The translations under genes and the position numbers were made by a program. The notes beneath the pieces were generated by a model. That model was not told the DNA's origin, did no database searches, and saw nothing but the letters and a program-made list of their open reading frames with translations. This document shows positions 1 to 9,194 of a DNA stretch of 64,000 nt, one piece after another (the stretch's first letter is position 1; each line of letters begins with the position of its first letter). This DNA comes from an uncultured Candidatus Saccharibacteria bacterium. Its GTDB lineage: Bacteria > Patescibacteriota > Minisyncoccia > Phycocordibacterales > UBA918. The stretch spans positions 158,636-222,635 of the forward strand of contig CAYGLK010000001.1 in assembly GCA_964350985.1 (NCBI GenBank), read 5' to 3'.

Positions 1-3000
1 TGTGAGGTACTGGCCATTTCAAACGCAACGCTCCCAACTACTCGTTGCCAGGATCCAACATTTTCGCAGGTTGTGATCTTAGTGCCATATTCAAGCCGCA
101 GTCTTGTATCAGTTGCTGTAATACTTCCATCATTTGAAATAGCCACACGAAGTCTTTGAGTACTCTTTTGAAATACTCCATTTACTTGGGTATTCTCAAT
201 ACCATTAGTGGCAGACGAGGCTGTCGCTTCATTTCCATTGTCATTTCGCCAGTGATAATTAGCCTGAGTTAGTGAAGGGGCTGCAATACTTGTAGTACCG
301 TCGATTTCTATAGTACTTCCTGGTCCAATAGAACCAGTACTAGCAACAACATCAAGAGAAGGGTTATTAATAGAAAGGTCAATTGTTTGACCGTCGGTAA
401 CTGATTTGTTGACTGAATATACCGTGTAAACACAGAGTGCCGAAGTATCTGTAATAGCTACTGATTGGTTAAATGTAGCAGTACCATCTGCCCCTGAGAA
501 GCTACTGGCAGTACTACCATACTGGCTTTCAGTTCCAGAGTAAGACTCACTAACACAGTTGTAGGGAGCAGAGGTGTCGAGTTCATAAAATAATTTAACT
601 GAAGTTAAATTAGTAGCGTCAACGGTTCCTGATTCTGTCAGAGTGATCTCAGTAATGTCTCGACTACCTGAATTGTCTGTAATAGAAAATACTCCACCAC
701 TGTAATTATCGACTGAGTCACTGTTGACTGTTGCGATTTGGGTACCGCTAGCACCAACAGATACATCAGAACTGAGCGTGGCTTCTGGATACTCCGAATA
801 ATTTTTTAAGGGGGTTCCCGCATCAGTTACTCTAAAACAATAGCCAACACCTTCAGTAGCATTGTTTGTAGCTTGGATTGAATACTCAAGTTCGACAAAC
901 TGACTTAAAGAAGTAGTCTCAATAAAATTTCCATTTGATTGAAAACTGATAACAGCTACTTCTTCAGCAGCGTGACCACGATCAGCTCCAAGTCCGTCTT
1001 CATCAGTTGATAGGGTAACAGCTGAAGCTGTCGGCGCTGTATCGGTATCTACTTGCGCAAATCCGCCATCAGCCCCGAGTTGGGTTAAGGCCTGTACGAT
1101 GATTACGGATGGGGTAGTGGAAAAAGCTGAACTGTAATTAATAGTAATTGGCGTATTAGAAACATTGGCGCTCCCTGAGGTAATAAAGTCGAAGTTAATT
1201 GAGTTGTTGGTTCCGTTGCTCTCTTCAAAAACAATAAAATCAATATCTTCAGCGGCGGTGTGCCCATCTGCGTCCCAGTTGTCATTTAAGAAGGCGGTTA
1301 GTCCGGAGCTGGTGGGAGGATTATCGACATTGGTTCCGTCATAGACTGTAGCGAAAGTCCAGTCTGAGTCGTTAGTGGTCACAACAGAAGCAAGGACAGT
1401 TGGATTAGTAAAGGTGCTTGGATAGGTCACAGCTGCTCCGCCAGGATTATCTGGTAGGGCGCGCCCGGCTGAAACACTGGTGCTGGTGGTACTAGCAAAA
1501 ACTTTAGTTCCAGTCCCACCATCATCTATAGTCCATTCTCCAGCCTCAATAACTAAATAATCCACCGTTGAAGTACCAGCAGAAAGAGAGCCGTCAAAGT
1601 TATCAACCAACACATCAAAAGCAGAAGTTGTTTTGTTGGAAATACGAACCGTTCTTTGGGTTGAGGTTCTAGGGTATCTAACAGAAGCAACAACTATTGG
1701 GTCAGTATAAGTATTATCTAAATTAATCGTTGTTGTAATTCCATTTGTAACTGATACGTTTTTAAATTCTGCTAAATTTGGAAATACGTCACTGTCCAGA
1801 ATAATTGAGCCAGTTTGCGCGGAAGTGTCACGTACTCCTCCGTTGGGGCTTAAAAACAAATCTGCTCCGTCAGTTACTCCGCCTGAAGCAACAGAAATGT
1901 TTGTGGTATTACTTGCTTCTGTTAGGAAGCTTGAGTCAAACATATTCCAGTCACTACCACCTGTCCCGACTTCAGTCCAGCCTGTAGCTAACGAACAGGT
2001 GGTGACTTTTTCAGAGTACTCGAGACGATAGTTATTGGATTCTGACTCAGAACCAAGAGCTGCTAGTCCGATTCGTAAGCGTTGCGGTGTTGAGGTTGAG
2101 AAAGAAAGTCCTGGTGTGTTTTCAGTCCCCCCGGTTGCGGAAGTAGCACCGACTTCACTACCATCATCATTGCGCCAATGATATCCAGTTTGTGTTATAG
2201 CAGCATCAACAATGGTGGTCAGCGAATTACCAACTGAACCAGCTGGATTTACAGTACCTCCAGCAGTAACCACAACATCAGACGATGGGTTTCCAATCTC
2301 AACGTTTATAGTTTCGCCATTTTGGGCTGTTGCCAAAACATCTGCCAAGATGTATCCACAAAACGCTTGTGTCTGCGAAATAGATTCACTGCTGGTAAAA
2401 GTGATAGTTCCATCTGCTCCACTGAAGGTTGAGGTTGCACCAAACTGTGCTTCGCTGCCTCCGTATGATTCACTGGCACAGTTGTATGGAAGAGTGGTGT
2501 CTAAGTCGTAGTACAAACGTACATTCTCCAAGTTGTTCTCTGCATCAATTGTTCCGTTTTCAGTAAAGATTATGTTCGTAATATTTCGACCGCCTTGATT
2601 TTCGATGATTGCAAATTGTTCTCCTAGATACAAGTCATCGGCTGGAATTGTAGTTGTTAGTACTTGATCTCCTGAGACAGTGACATCGGTAGTTGCTTCT
2701 CCAATCAATGTAGAAATCTCTACGGCTTGCAAGGCAATACGATCGGCAATAAAGTTCGACACCGGAGTACCAGTTGTTTCATCTGATTGAATTAATTCAA
2801 CCACCTGACCAGCGGTCAGGTTAGGGAAGAGTGCACCACCAGAAGAACCACTAGTATAAGCATCTTCAGAACCTTCATCACCTCGGTTGTAGCTACCATG
2901 TCCTCCATAGTTTTGAACAGAGCCATCAATTCGCCAGTCAAGTTTGGGAACATCTCGACCAGTACCAGCACTTCTGCTGGTGTAGGCAGTAGACAAGAAG

Positions 3001-4214
3001 AGGTAGTTTCCGTCACTGGCGATTTCAATATTGTCGTTGTTGGTACTGGTAGAGTGGGTAAAATAACTTGAAGCAGTGCGAAGTTGCGAATTCCAAGTCA
3101 TCACACTTTGGGAGGTGGTTAGTGCCTGGTCACTAGAACTAGTCAAGGAAATTACTTCTGCTCCAGTAGGCAGAGCAACCATAGTCAAGGCAGTCTCACC
3201 GCCAACAATATTTGTTGCCCCTGCAGCTTGTCCAGCGTTTCTTACTTCCACATTGAAAGTTTGGTCACCCGCAGAACTTTTCTTAACTATCCCGACATAC
3301 TGCAAGGTTCCGTTTGTGGTTCCATTATCAAATCGCAAATAACTACTACTGCGTGTACCAACTACTTCTGTACCATCAAGAGTTAATCTCAGTTCGTAGT
3401 TTTGTCTTGGTCCACTGCCATCAGTAACGTTTAGCTTAACGTTGGCTGTGACTAAGAAAAGTTGTTCAGATCCGCCTTTTAGTGTTACGTCAGCGGCGGT
3501 TGGGGTAAATGCAAAAGACCCAGTGTCAACCTCGTCAGTAGTGTCCCAAGTAACATCAGTAAAACTTGAGTTAGCACTAATATCGCTACTGTTTGAAGCT
3601 TTGTGTATTCGTAAATAATCTAAGTCGTCATCAAGTTTCAGGACACTAACGCCGTTGCTGTTGGCTCTAATGGCTGTGCCGGCAGAAGGATTTGCATCAT
3701 CTCGTTCTAGCTCCACTCGTAAATTTTGATTGGTAGTCGCGTCAATTATGGCAGCTCCAGAGTTGTAGGCAGATAAATTATTCTCAGTATCACGGATGTA
3801 CCCAGTAGCCCAACCTGCTTCAATGGGAGTACCGTCAAGTGTTAGGTATGAAGAAATCGAACGACGATTTGTGCCCCCGGTAGATCCTTCTTCGGTGTAG
3901 GTGTTATAAAGCACTAAGTATTTTCCACCATCAGTGAGGGCAATGTCGGCATCATTTACATTGAGTACTATGTTGGTACTCTCAGACAAGGTGGTGTCCC
4001 ATTTGACGTCAAAGCCAGTTCCGGCTACGACCTCGCCACCAGCCGCTTGACGAAAAACTGAAAAATCTCCAGCTACCGCTCCAACTTTGGCTGCGTTAAA
4101 TAAACCATGTTCTAACAACAAAAACGCATCTGTAAATACCATTGAAAAAATAAGAACAAATGAACAGTATGTACGCAGCCAATTAGCTGAGTTTTTTCCC
4201 GTCACCTTTCGCAT
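1..4214 (-). CDS. Giant secreted repeat-containing surface protein, putative adhesin-like. Partial: the N-terminal ~1400 aa are in the window and the C-terminus lies beyond the window start.
   Basis: Own translation of the minus strand from the ATG near 4214 gives MRKVTGKNSANWLRTYCSFVLIFSMVF..., a signal/anchor-like hydrophobic N-terminus, followed by a very long open frame rich in T/S/G/N/D. There are internal ~640-aa repeats, e.g. YHWRNDDGSE.. near 2180 and YHWRNDNGNE.. near 255, and LYYDLDTTLPYNCASESYGGSEAQFG vs LFYELDTSAPYNCVSESYSGTEAQFG. The ORF track shows no complete ORF over 1-4.2 kb, consistent with one open frame running off the edge. Confidence 0.6.
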   Translation of the reverse strand, partial: MRKVTGKNSANWLRTYCSFVLIFSMVFTDAFLLLEHGLFNAAKVGAVAGDFSVFRQAAGGEVVAGTGFDVKWDTTLSESTNIVLNVNDADIALTDGGKYLVLYNTYTEEGSTGGTNRRSISSYLTLDGTPIEAGWATGYIRDTENNLSAYNSGAAIIDATTNQNLRVELERDDANPSAGTAIRANSNGVSVLKLDDDLDYLRIHKASNSSDISANSSFTDVTWDTTDEVDTGSFAFTPTAADVTLKGGSEQLFLVTANVKLNVTDGSGPRQNYELRLTLDGTEVVGTRSSSYLRFDNGTTNGTLQYVGIVKKSSAGDQTFNVEVRNAGQAAGATNIVGGETALTMVALPTGAEVISLTSSSDQALTTSQSVMTWNSQLRTASSYFTHSTSTNNDNIEIASDGNYLFLSTAYTSRSAGTGRDVPKLDWRIDGSVQNYGGHGSYNRGDEGSEDAYTSGSSGGALFPNLTAGQVVELIQSDETTGTPVSNFIADRIALQAVEISTLIGEATTDVTVSGDQVLTTTIPADDLYLGEQFAIIENQGGRNITNIIFTENGTIDAENNLENVRLYYDLDTTLPYNCASESYGGSEAQFGATSTFSGADGTITFTSSESISQTQAFCGYILADVLATAQNGETINVEIGNPSSDVVVTAGGTVNPAGSVGNSLTTIVDAAITQTGYHWRNDDGSEVGATSATGGTENTPGLSFSTSTPQRLRIGLAALGSESESNNYRLEYSEKVTTCSLATGWTEVGTGGSDWNMFDSSFLTEASNTTNISVASGGVTDGADLFLSPNGGVRDTSAQTGSIILDSDVFPNLAEFKNVSVTNGITTTINLDNTYTDPIVVASVRYPRTSTQRTVRISNKTTSAFDVLVDNFDGSLSAGTSTVDYLVIEAGEWTIDDGGTGTKVFASTTSTSVSAGRALPDNPGGAAVTYPSTFTNPTVLASVVTTNDSDWTFATVYDGTNVDNPPTSSGLTAFLNDNWDADGHTAAEDIDFIVFEESNGTNNSINFDFITSGSANVSNTPITINYSSAFSTTPSVIIVQALTQLGADGGFAQVDTDTAPTASAVTLSTDEDGLGADRGHAAEEVAVISFQSNGNFIETTSLSQFVELEYSIQATNNATEGVGYCFRVTDAGTPLKNYSEYPEATLSSDVSVGASGTQIATVNSDSVDNYSGGVFSITDNSGSRDITEITLTESGTVDATNLTSVKLFYELDTSAPYNCVSESYSGTESQYGSTASSFSGADGTATFNQSVAITDTSALCVYTVYSVNKSVTDGQTIDLSINNPSLDVVASTGSIGPGSTIEIDGTTSIAAPSLTQANYHWRNDNGNEATASSATNGIENTQVNGVFQKSTQRLRVAISNDGSITATDTRLRLEYGTKITTCENVGSWQRVVGSVAFEMASTS

Positions 4215-4564
4215 GGGCCTACCTATTATAGTAAAAAATGAGGCGAATGCGAAAAATAGCCTTATTTAGAGCCTTCTTTCTGTGTATAACTTACTTGACG
4301 GTGAGAGGTCCTTTTATACAAAAGCCCATAGAGGGATTGGTAAAAAATATGTAAAAATTGGTCACTTATGCCCGTTTAGTACACAAGTAAACCCCAAGTT
4401 ATCCCAAGAGTTATACAGCTGTCTCCACAGGATTTTCCACAGAGTAATCCACATTTTTTTATTTGAGTTTTTATGGAAAATTATTATTAATTCCTCTATT
4501 TATTTGTACCCTATGAACAGCTTTTGTATAATTAGCAAATTAGTATTGCTGTAACTCAAAATAT
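4215..4564. promoter_or_regulatory. AT-rich divergent intergenic region between the giant surface protein gene (minus) and the 4565 gene (plus); presumably holds both promoters.
   Basis: A 350-bp non-coding AT-rich stretch between divergently oriented starts. The only ORF here (4282..4554) is low-complexity and probably spurious. Confidence 0.3.
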
Positions 4565-5086
4565 ATGGACTTTGAAATTGGAGATGTGAGATCAGAAAGT
4601 GAAGCTAGTGTTTTAAAAAGAAATATTGAGATGTTAAGAGATGAAGAGGTAAATAAATTGTCATTGTCTAGATTGGCAATGTATCGAAAGAAAATTGATG
4701 AATTGGTTGATGGGGAAGAAGCAGTATTACTTAATGCTCAGTTAGAACAATACGCTTTTGATTACGTGTCACATGAATTATCTACTCTAAAAGTTTCTCA
4801 GTTAGATTATCTGTCACTTGAGACCATAAAGCTGCAATTAGAAGGAGAGTTTCCTTTGCAAGATAAGGAAAAACATACAACACTTTTGTTAGAAATAGAC
4901 AAAAAAGTTTTAGAATATCTCCAGTATGCGTTGTTGTCTCCTGACTACAAACCATTACTTGCTAACCCTGAGACCTACGAACGAGAAAAATCATTGATCG
5001 CAGAATTTCCTTTCCACGATGAAAGCAAAATGGTAGAAGCTTTGAGATTTATCGAGGAAGTTAAGAGAGTGAATCTGATTACTTAA
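4565..5086 (+). CDS. hypothetical protein (173 aa), acidic and probably helical
   Basis: Complete ORF in the track; no family recognised. Confidence 0.5.
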   Translation: MDFEIGDVRSESEASVLKRNIEMLRDEEVNKLSLSRLAMYRKKIDELVDGEEAVLLNAQLEQYAFDYVSHELSTLKVSQLDYLSLETIKLQLEGEFPLQDKEKHTTLLLEIDKKVLEYLQYALLSPDYKPLLANPETYEREKSLIAEFPFHDESKMVEALRFIEEVKRVNLIT

Positions 5087-5114
5087 TATATTTCAATTAA
5101 TAAACTTTATAATT

Positions 5115-5460
5115 TAAATAACCTGATTAATTAAACCTTTAAAAGCTCGCTGGTCAATATCGGTAACTGAGAATATTTTTATGTGTCTAATAAATTTTCC
5201 ATCACCCTGGAGTAACTTGCGAGAGTCTCTTAACTGAGAGCCAAGGTAAAAACCAAGTTGGATATGGTCTGGCTTACAATGAATAAAGAGCTTATGATTT
5301 TTACCCTCAGTCCAACAACCTTGTCCCCATTTAACAGTTTTTTCTAACTTAGGAGCTATAGAGGATATTGTTTTGAAACTTCTGTAATAAGTTTTATATT
5401 TTTGCTTGATTGGTCTTTCTTCCAGTCAGAAAAAGAGGTGTATGATTTCATTTTTGGCAT
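5115..5460 (-). pseudogene. DUF1801 (YdhG/YdeI-like) domain gene disrupted by a frameshift
   Basis: Minus-strand translation gives MPKMKSYTSFSDWKKDQSSKNIKLITEVSKQYPL and then a stop. A frame shifted by one continues ..APKLEKTVKWGQGCWTEGKNHKLFIHCKPDHIQLGFYLGSQLRDSRKLLQGDGKFIRHIKIFSVTDIDQRAFKGLINQVI. This matches the DUF1801 pattern (YGMP.Y..GK..v.f...K.h..lyF). There is no intact ORF of 60 aa or more in the track. Confidence 0.45.
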
Positions 5461-5495
5461 ATAAAATATTGTATCTAAGTGATATCGTCCTTATT

Positions 5496-5942
5496 TTATT
5501 CAACAATAATTGAAGAGCTAAAGCGCGTACCGCTAACAGCTGGTATGACTTCAAAGTTATATTGTCCAAATTGATAAATAGTAAATACTTCGTAGACACT
5601 ACCGTTTTCATCTGCAGTAACTGTTCTTACATTAGACCCGCCATCTGGCCCACCCATGGTAACTTTCACATCTTCGCCAGGCTGTGCAGCTGTAAAAGCA
5701 ACAAAGATTTCACTATATTCACCTGGTTTGGTGTGTTCGTAGGTAATCCGTAGTTCTCGACCAGATTCAGCTATATTATTTGCAAAATCTTCACCTAAGG
5801 CTGGTTCGTTTTCTTGTACTGATTCTACTTCTGTCTCTGTGTTATTAGTAAATAGTAATGTCGCAACTACTGCTATAGCAATTACGAATAAAACAAAAAA
5901 CAAAATATTTTTATTCATAATTTTAGTATACCAAAAGTTCAA
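5496..5942 (-). CDS. hypothetical exported or membrane-anchored protein. The start is ambiguous: the internal Met MNKNIL near 5918 is more likely.
   Basis: N-terminal hydrophobic helix ILFFVLFVIAIAVVATLLF followed by a soluble domain. Confidence 0.5.
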   Translation of the reverse strand: MNFWYTKIMNKNILFFVLFVIAIAVVATLLFTNNTETEVESVQENEPALGEDFANNIAESGRELRITYEHTKPGEYSEIFVAFTAAQPGEDVKVTMGGPDGGSNVRTVTADENGSVYEVFTIYQFGQYNFEVIPAVSGTRFSSSIIVE

Positions 5943-5965
5943 AAAGATTTCCTTTTGAAATCAAC

Positions 5966-7309
5966 TTAATATATTCTTTCCATATCCGCACCGTCTGAGT
6001 AAATGATCTGAGCTCTACTGTCCTTAATTCTCTTGAATGTAATTACTTCTCCTGGTGAACCGTAACCAATCTTGTCTTGGTTTTTGAACGAGTGTTGTTT
6101 AACTTTTTTATACTTTGACCAAGCTTGCACAGGATTAGGTGCTGAAGCCCCAAATCCAACCAAATCATCTCCTGTACTTACAATCACCTTGTCACCCCAT
6201 CGGTTGCGATACAAGCCTGAGTAGGGCTCATTAGAAATAGATTTTATATCCTTTGTGTTCTTGAGGTCATAAATTAACCTCATTAAATTATCACTAACAG
6301 CTCCAGCAGTGTTTGATTGTGTATTGGTAAGGACAATTACCTGAACATTATCCTCAATATGGCTGATGGCATTAGTTACATATCCTGCAAAACCTCCTGA
6401 GTGTCCGTAGGTCTGTTGACCTGTGACCGCTTCGATGCAAAGCCCTAATCCATACATTTCGTCCTTATTCACAATACTTTGTACCTGACGCATCGCTTTT
6501 CTAGACTCTCTATTGAGTGCGCTCTTCTTACTATCAGGATGTAAAGATGATAAAAACAAAGCCAAGTCTTGCACATTTGAAATAAATCCAGTTGCAGGAG
6601 CATAGGCATTTGTTTTAATGTTAGGCTCTTTTTGTCGGTCTGTCACATCTGGTGTCCAGCGTTCATACCCTATAGTTAGTTTTGCTGGTATCTTATCCGG
6701 TAAATCTGGAAGAGTATTTTTTAATCCGAGTGGTTTGGTGATATTTTCAGTGACATATTTATCATAAGAGTCACCAGATACTTTCTCTATAACAGCTCCA
6801 AGTATGGAGTACCCATGATTTGAGTACTTCATGGTTGTAGCATTATCAAACACAATTGCTTTTGAAGAGACCGTACCCTCAAGCTTAGTTGGAAACTTAT
6901 CATTTACCCATTGCTGTGCCTCACCATCTCGGAAGAGTCCAGCACTATGCGAGAGTAGCTGCCGGATAGTGATGTTAGAAAGATCAGTTTCTTTAGTCTT
7001 ACCCTTAAACCAAGATAAATAATCAGAGACTTTATCATCGAGTTGAAGTTTACCTTTTTCTTGGAGCTGCATGATACTTACAGCTGTAAACATTTTAGAC
7101 ATTGAAGCAACTCGAAATTGTGCATCTTTCTTCATCTCGACATCTTTTTCAATATCAGATAGTCCAAAGGCATTAATATATTTCGGTACACCATTAACCG
7201 CAATGCAAACTACCGCACCCGGAGTATGATCGTAACGGATCTTCATCGGTAGCCAGTTGTCTACAATTTTACCTGCTACTTTGATTGCTTCAGCTAATTC
7301 TTTTTTCAT
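5966..7309 (-). CDS. beta-lactamase-related serine hydrolase (class-C beta-lactamase/esterase family, PF00144-like), cytoplasmic
   Basis: SxxK motif FRVASMSKMF, YxN motif YSNHGY, HxG motif HSGGFAGY. The track ORF starts at 7369 (GTG) inside repeat A; the MKKELAEAIK Met at 7309 is the more likely start. No signal peptide. Confidence 0.75.
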   Translation of the reverse strand: MKKELAEAIKVAGKIVDNWLPMKIRYDHTPGAVVCIAVNGVPKYINAFGLSDIEKDVEMKKDAQFRVASMSKMFTAVSIMQLQEKGKLQLDDKVSDYLSWFKGKTKETDLSNITIRQLLSHSAGLFRDGEAQQWVNDKFPTKLEGTVSSKAIVFDNATTMKYSNHGYSILGAVIEKVSGDSYDKYVTENITKPLGLKNTLPDLPDKIPAKLTIGYERWTPDVTDRQKEPNIKTNAYAPATGFISNVQDLALFLSSLHPDSKKSALNRESRKAMRQVQSIVNKDEMYGLGLCIEAVTGQQTYGHSGGFAGYVTNAISHIEDNVQVIVLTNTQSNTAGAVSDNLMRLIYDLKNTKDIKSISNEPYSGLYRNRWGDKVIVSTGDDLVGFGASAPNPVQAWSKYKKVKQHSFKNQDKIGYGSPGEVITFKRIKDSRAQIIYSDGADMERIY

Positions 7310-7324
7310 AATAAAAAGTATACC

Positions 7325-7420
7325 AGAGGTTCGAACCTTCGATAAAGGTATAAAAAAGAACCGCCACACCTTGAGGAAGGTGGGACGGCTATGTCCTTTC
7401 TTCCACTAGTGTGGTGGCCT
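7325..7420 (+). repeat. Family-1 intergenic repeat, copy A: tRNA-3'-end-like palindrome GGTTCGAACC + TATAAAAAAG + long GC hairpin. It reads as a Rho-independent terminator on the minus strand, downstream of the 7423..7881 gene.
   Basis: Shares gaggttcgaaccttcgataaaggtataaaaaagaaccgcc with copies D and F. The hairpin arms ccgccacac/gtgtggtgg and the inner arms aggaca/tgtcct are compensatory relative to copy B. A-run 7351-7357 is the U-tract on the minus strand. Confidence 0.55.
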
Positions 7421-7422
7421 TG

Positions 7423-7881
7423 TTATCCGCGTTGCAATTTTTGCGAGACCCTCATTTCGGTCAATCGACCAAGCCCCTCGTCGTCAGGCACAAGCAAAGG
7501 GTCCTCTACTTTCCGTCGCCCACGTTCGTCGGTGCTGATGTACGTGAGGATCCTAAAATCTATCCTCCACAAGCCATAAGTCACTGGCATTTCGGCACCG
7601 AGAGGATCGGTAACCTTTCTGGGGAAGCGGTGTGTCATCTCTCGAAAAAGGCCACTGCCGATATCTTTGCGGAATTGATTATCTGTCGGATTTGACCAAA
7701 AGTGGCTGGTGTCGATAACGATTCGATTGGGACAATTCTTGTCCATAAAGTCGTAACTGGCAGTATTGCCAGTGGTTAGACTCTCAAGTAACGCCTCTGT
7801 AAACTCTTTTTTTCTTATATGTACAGAGACTGTCACCATAAAAAATCTACGATTGCGTAGGGCGAGAGAAGGCTCGTCCAT
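7423..7881 (-). CDS. hypothetical protein (152 aa), relatively GC-rich
   Basis: Track ORF; no family recognised. The overlapping plus-strand ORFs 7391..7579 and 7411..7695 are judged spurious. Confidence 0.5.
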   Translation of the reverse strand: MDEPSLALRNRRFFMVTVSVHIRKKEFTEALLESLTTGNTASYDFMDKNCPNRIVIDTSHFWSNPTDNQFRKDIGSGLFREMTHRFPRKVTDPLGAEMPVTYGLWRIDFRILTYISTDERGRRKVEDPLLVPDDEGLGRLTEMRVSQKLQRG

Positions 7882-8057
7882 AATGTACTCCCTAGTGTTG
7901 GTTAAAGAACCGATTTATTTTAATCCTTGCGGGCATAAAGCTGCAAAGAATCTAAAGTTAATATCGCAAAAAAGAAACTCATCGTCAATACACAAATCAA
8001 GCCTTTCATGTTCAAAAACCTCCATGTTGTTAATATTGCATGGATTTGTTTGTAGGT

Positions 8058-8082
8058 TAGGGAAGTTCGAACTTTCTGCATG
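8058..8082 (+). repeat. Family-1 repeat, copy C (core only: GGGAAGTTCGAACTTT)
   Basis: ggttagggaagttcgaactttctgcatgcag contains the perfect palindrome AAGTTCGAACTT shared with D, E and F. Confidence 0.5.
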
Positions 8083-8110
8083 CAGAATGACAGCGTTCTG
8101 ATGTAGAAGT

Positions 8111-8527
8111 CTAGTTCAAATATGAACGTAACTTTTCAGTAATATTTTTCACCTCTGATATATACGGCTCTACACTTCTTTCGGCAGTAGCTGCGTTCAT
8201 AATTGGACGTACAGATTCAATTTTTCTACCAAATTTCTCCATCCAATCATGTCGGGGAAAAATCCAAACATGGAACCCGTGTTCAGTGTCTTCATTTTGG
8301 AAAATGTATACATCTTTGATATTCAAGACATGCTCCATTGCGACTCGAACTTTCTTCAAAATATCTGCTAGCTCGCGGAGTTCTTCGTCTGAAAAATCAG
8401 AAAATGAGCGTTTTGTTTTATCATTTGCTCCAATTACAAAAAAAGCTTCAATTGGAGTTTCCCAATCCTGGCCCACATTGAATGTTTCTGTCTTGAGAAT
8501 TGTACTGTCTGGGAATAATACTTTCAT
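8111..8527 (-). CDS. HIT-like superfamily protein (degenerate histidine-triad region)
   Basis: ...FSDEELRELADILKKVRVAMEHVL...TEHGFHVWIFPRH resembles the HIT-family layout (..PHLHVHVIPR), but the triad is not canonical. Confidence 0.4.
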   Translation of the reverse strand: MKVLFPDSTILKTETFNVGQDWETPIEAFFVIGANDKTKRSFSDFSDEELRELADILKKVRVAMEHVLNIKDVYIFQNEDTEHGFHVWIFPRHDWMEKFGRKIESVRPIMNAATAERSVEPYISEVKNITEKLRSYLN

Positions 8528-8581
8528 AAGATAAGTATATCAGTCCCAGACAAATAAATATCTTGCTAAAAATAGAGTGGT

Positions 8582-9079
8582 CTATAGTGGAATTTCACAC
8601 TCAATGTCGCCTTGGTCTATCATTAAACGCAAAACATCAGAATTGACTACAATCTCTTGTTCTGTTGGGACAGATTCATCCGAGTAAACTTCATAATGAT
8701 GGTTACCTTCACAAAAATTTGCAGGATCTAGTACATAAATATATCCTTCACCATTAAGCTGAATATTGTTAGTTTCACTCCAGATCCTAGCCTGTCCGTT
8801 TCGCTCGGATATCCGCAAACCCATTCGTTGTTCAGGATCAAGTGGTTTTGCAAGAGATAGAACTAGAGGGAGTAAAAAGTCTCCTGGAGCTCCATAAACC
8901 ACTTTCATATGTTTGTTGTGTTTTGATGAGTGGTCAAAAGCTAGATCCGGATCTAGTTTATTTAATCCTTTCTTTTTTGAACCGTGAAAATTTTTTCCTT
9001 CAGCTTTAGCTCGTTCAAGTAAATTCAATGATTTTATAGGATCAAATTTTTCAGGAGTATTGAATTTTTCTTTATTCAT
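8582..9079 (-). CDS. hypothetical protein (165 aa)
   Basis: Track ORF; no family recognised. Confidence 0.5.
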   Translation of the reverse strand: MNKEKFNTPEKFDPIKSLNLLERAKAEGKNFHGSKKKGLNKLDPDLAFDHSSKHNKHMKVVYGAPGDFLLPLVLSLAKPLDPEQRMGLRISERNGQARIWSETNNIQLNGEGYIYVLDPANFCEGNHHYEVYSDESVPTEQEIVVNSDVLRLMIDQGDIECEIPL

Positions 9080-9099
9080 AACAAAATTATAGCAGAAGT

Positions 9100-9160
9100 A
9101 AAAACCACACTTGCGTGTGGCCTAACTTTTATATGCTCCACATAGTGGACGAGATTAGAA
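9100..9160 (+). repeat. Family-2 modular repeat, copy J: type-b hairpin module + GCTCC-N6-TGGACGAG. Lies in a divergent promoter region.
   Basis: accacacttgcgtgtggcctaacttttatatgctcc is identical to the module in copy I (15650-15690), followed by acatagtggacgagattagaaac. Confidence 0.55.
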
Positions 9161-9194
9161 ACAGTATATCTAGTGTATAATTAAGCTCACAGAT

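Noticed and set aside
7391-7695. Plus-strand ORFs 7391..7579 and 7411..7695 overlapping repeat A and the 7423..7881 gene
   Set aside because: They lie antisense to a longer ORF in a GC-rich segment and run through the terminator hairpin of repeat A. They are most likely spurious open frames. In this same stretch my reading of the printed bases and the track translations disagree by one base at two line boundaries (about 7320 and 7500). I treated that as my reading error, not as real frameshifts.
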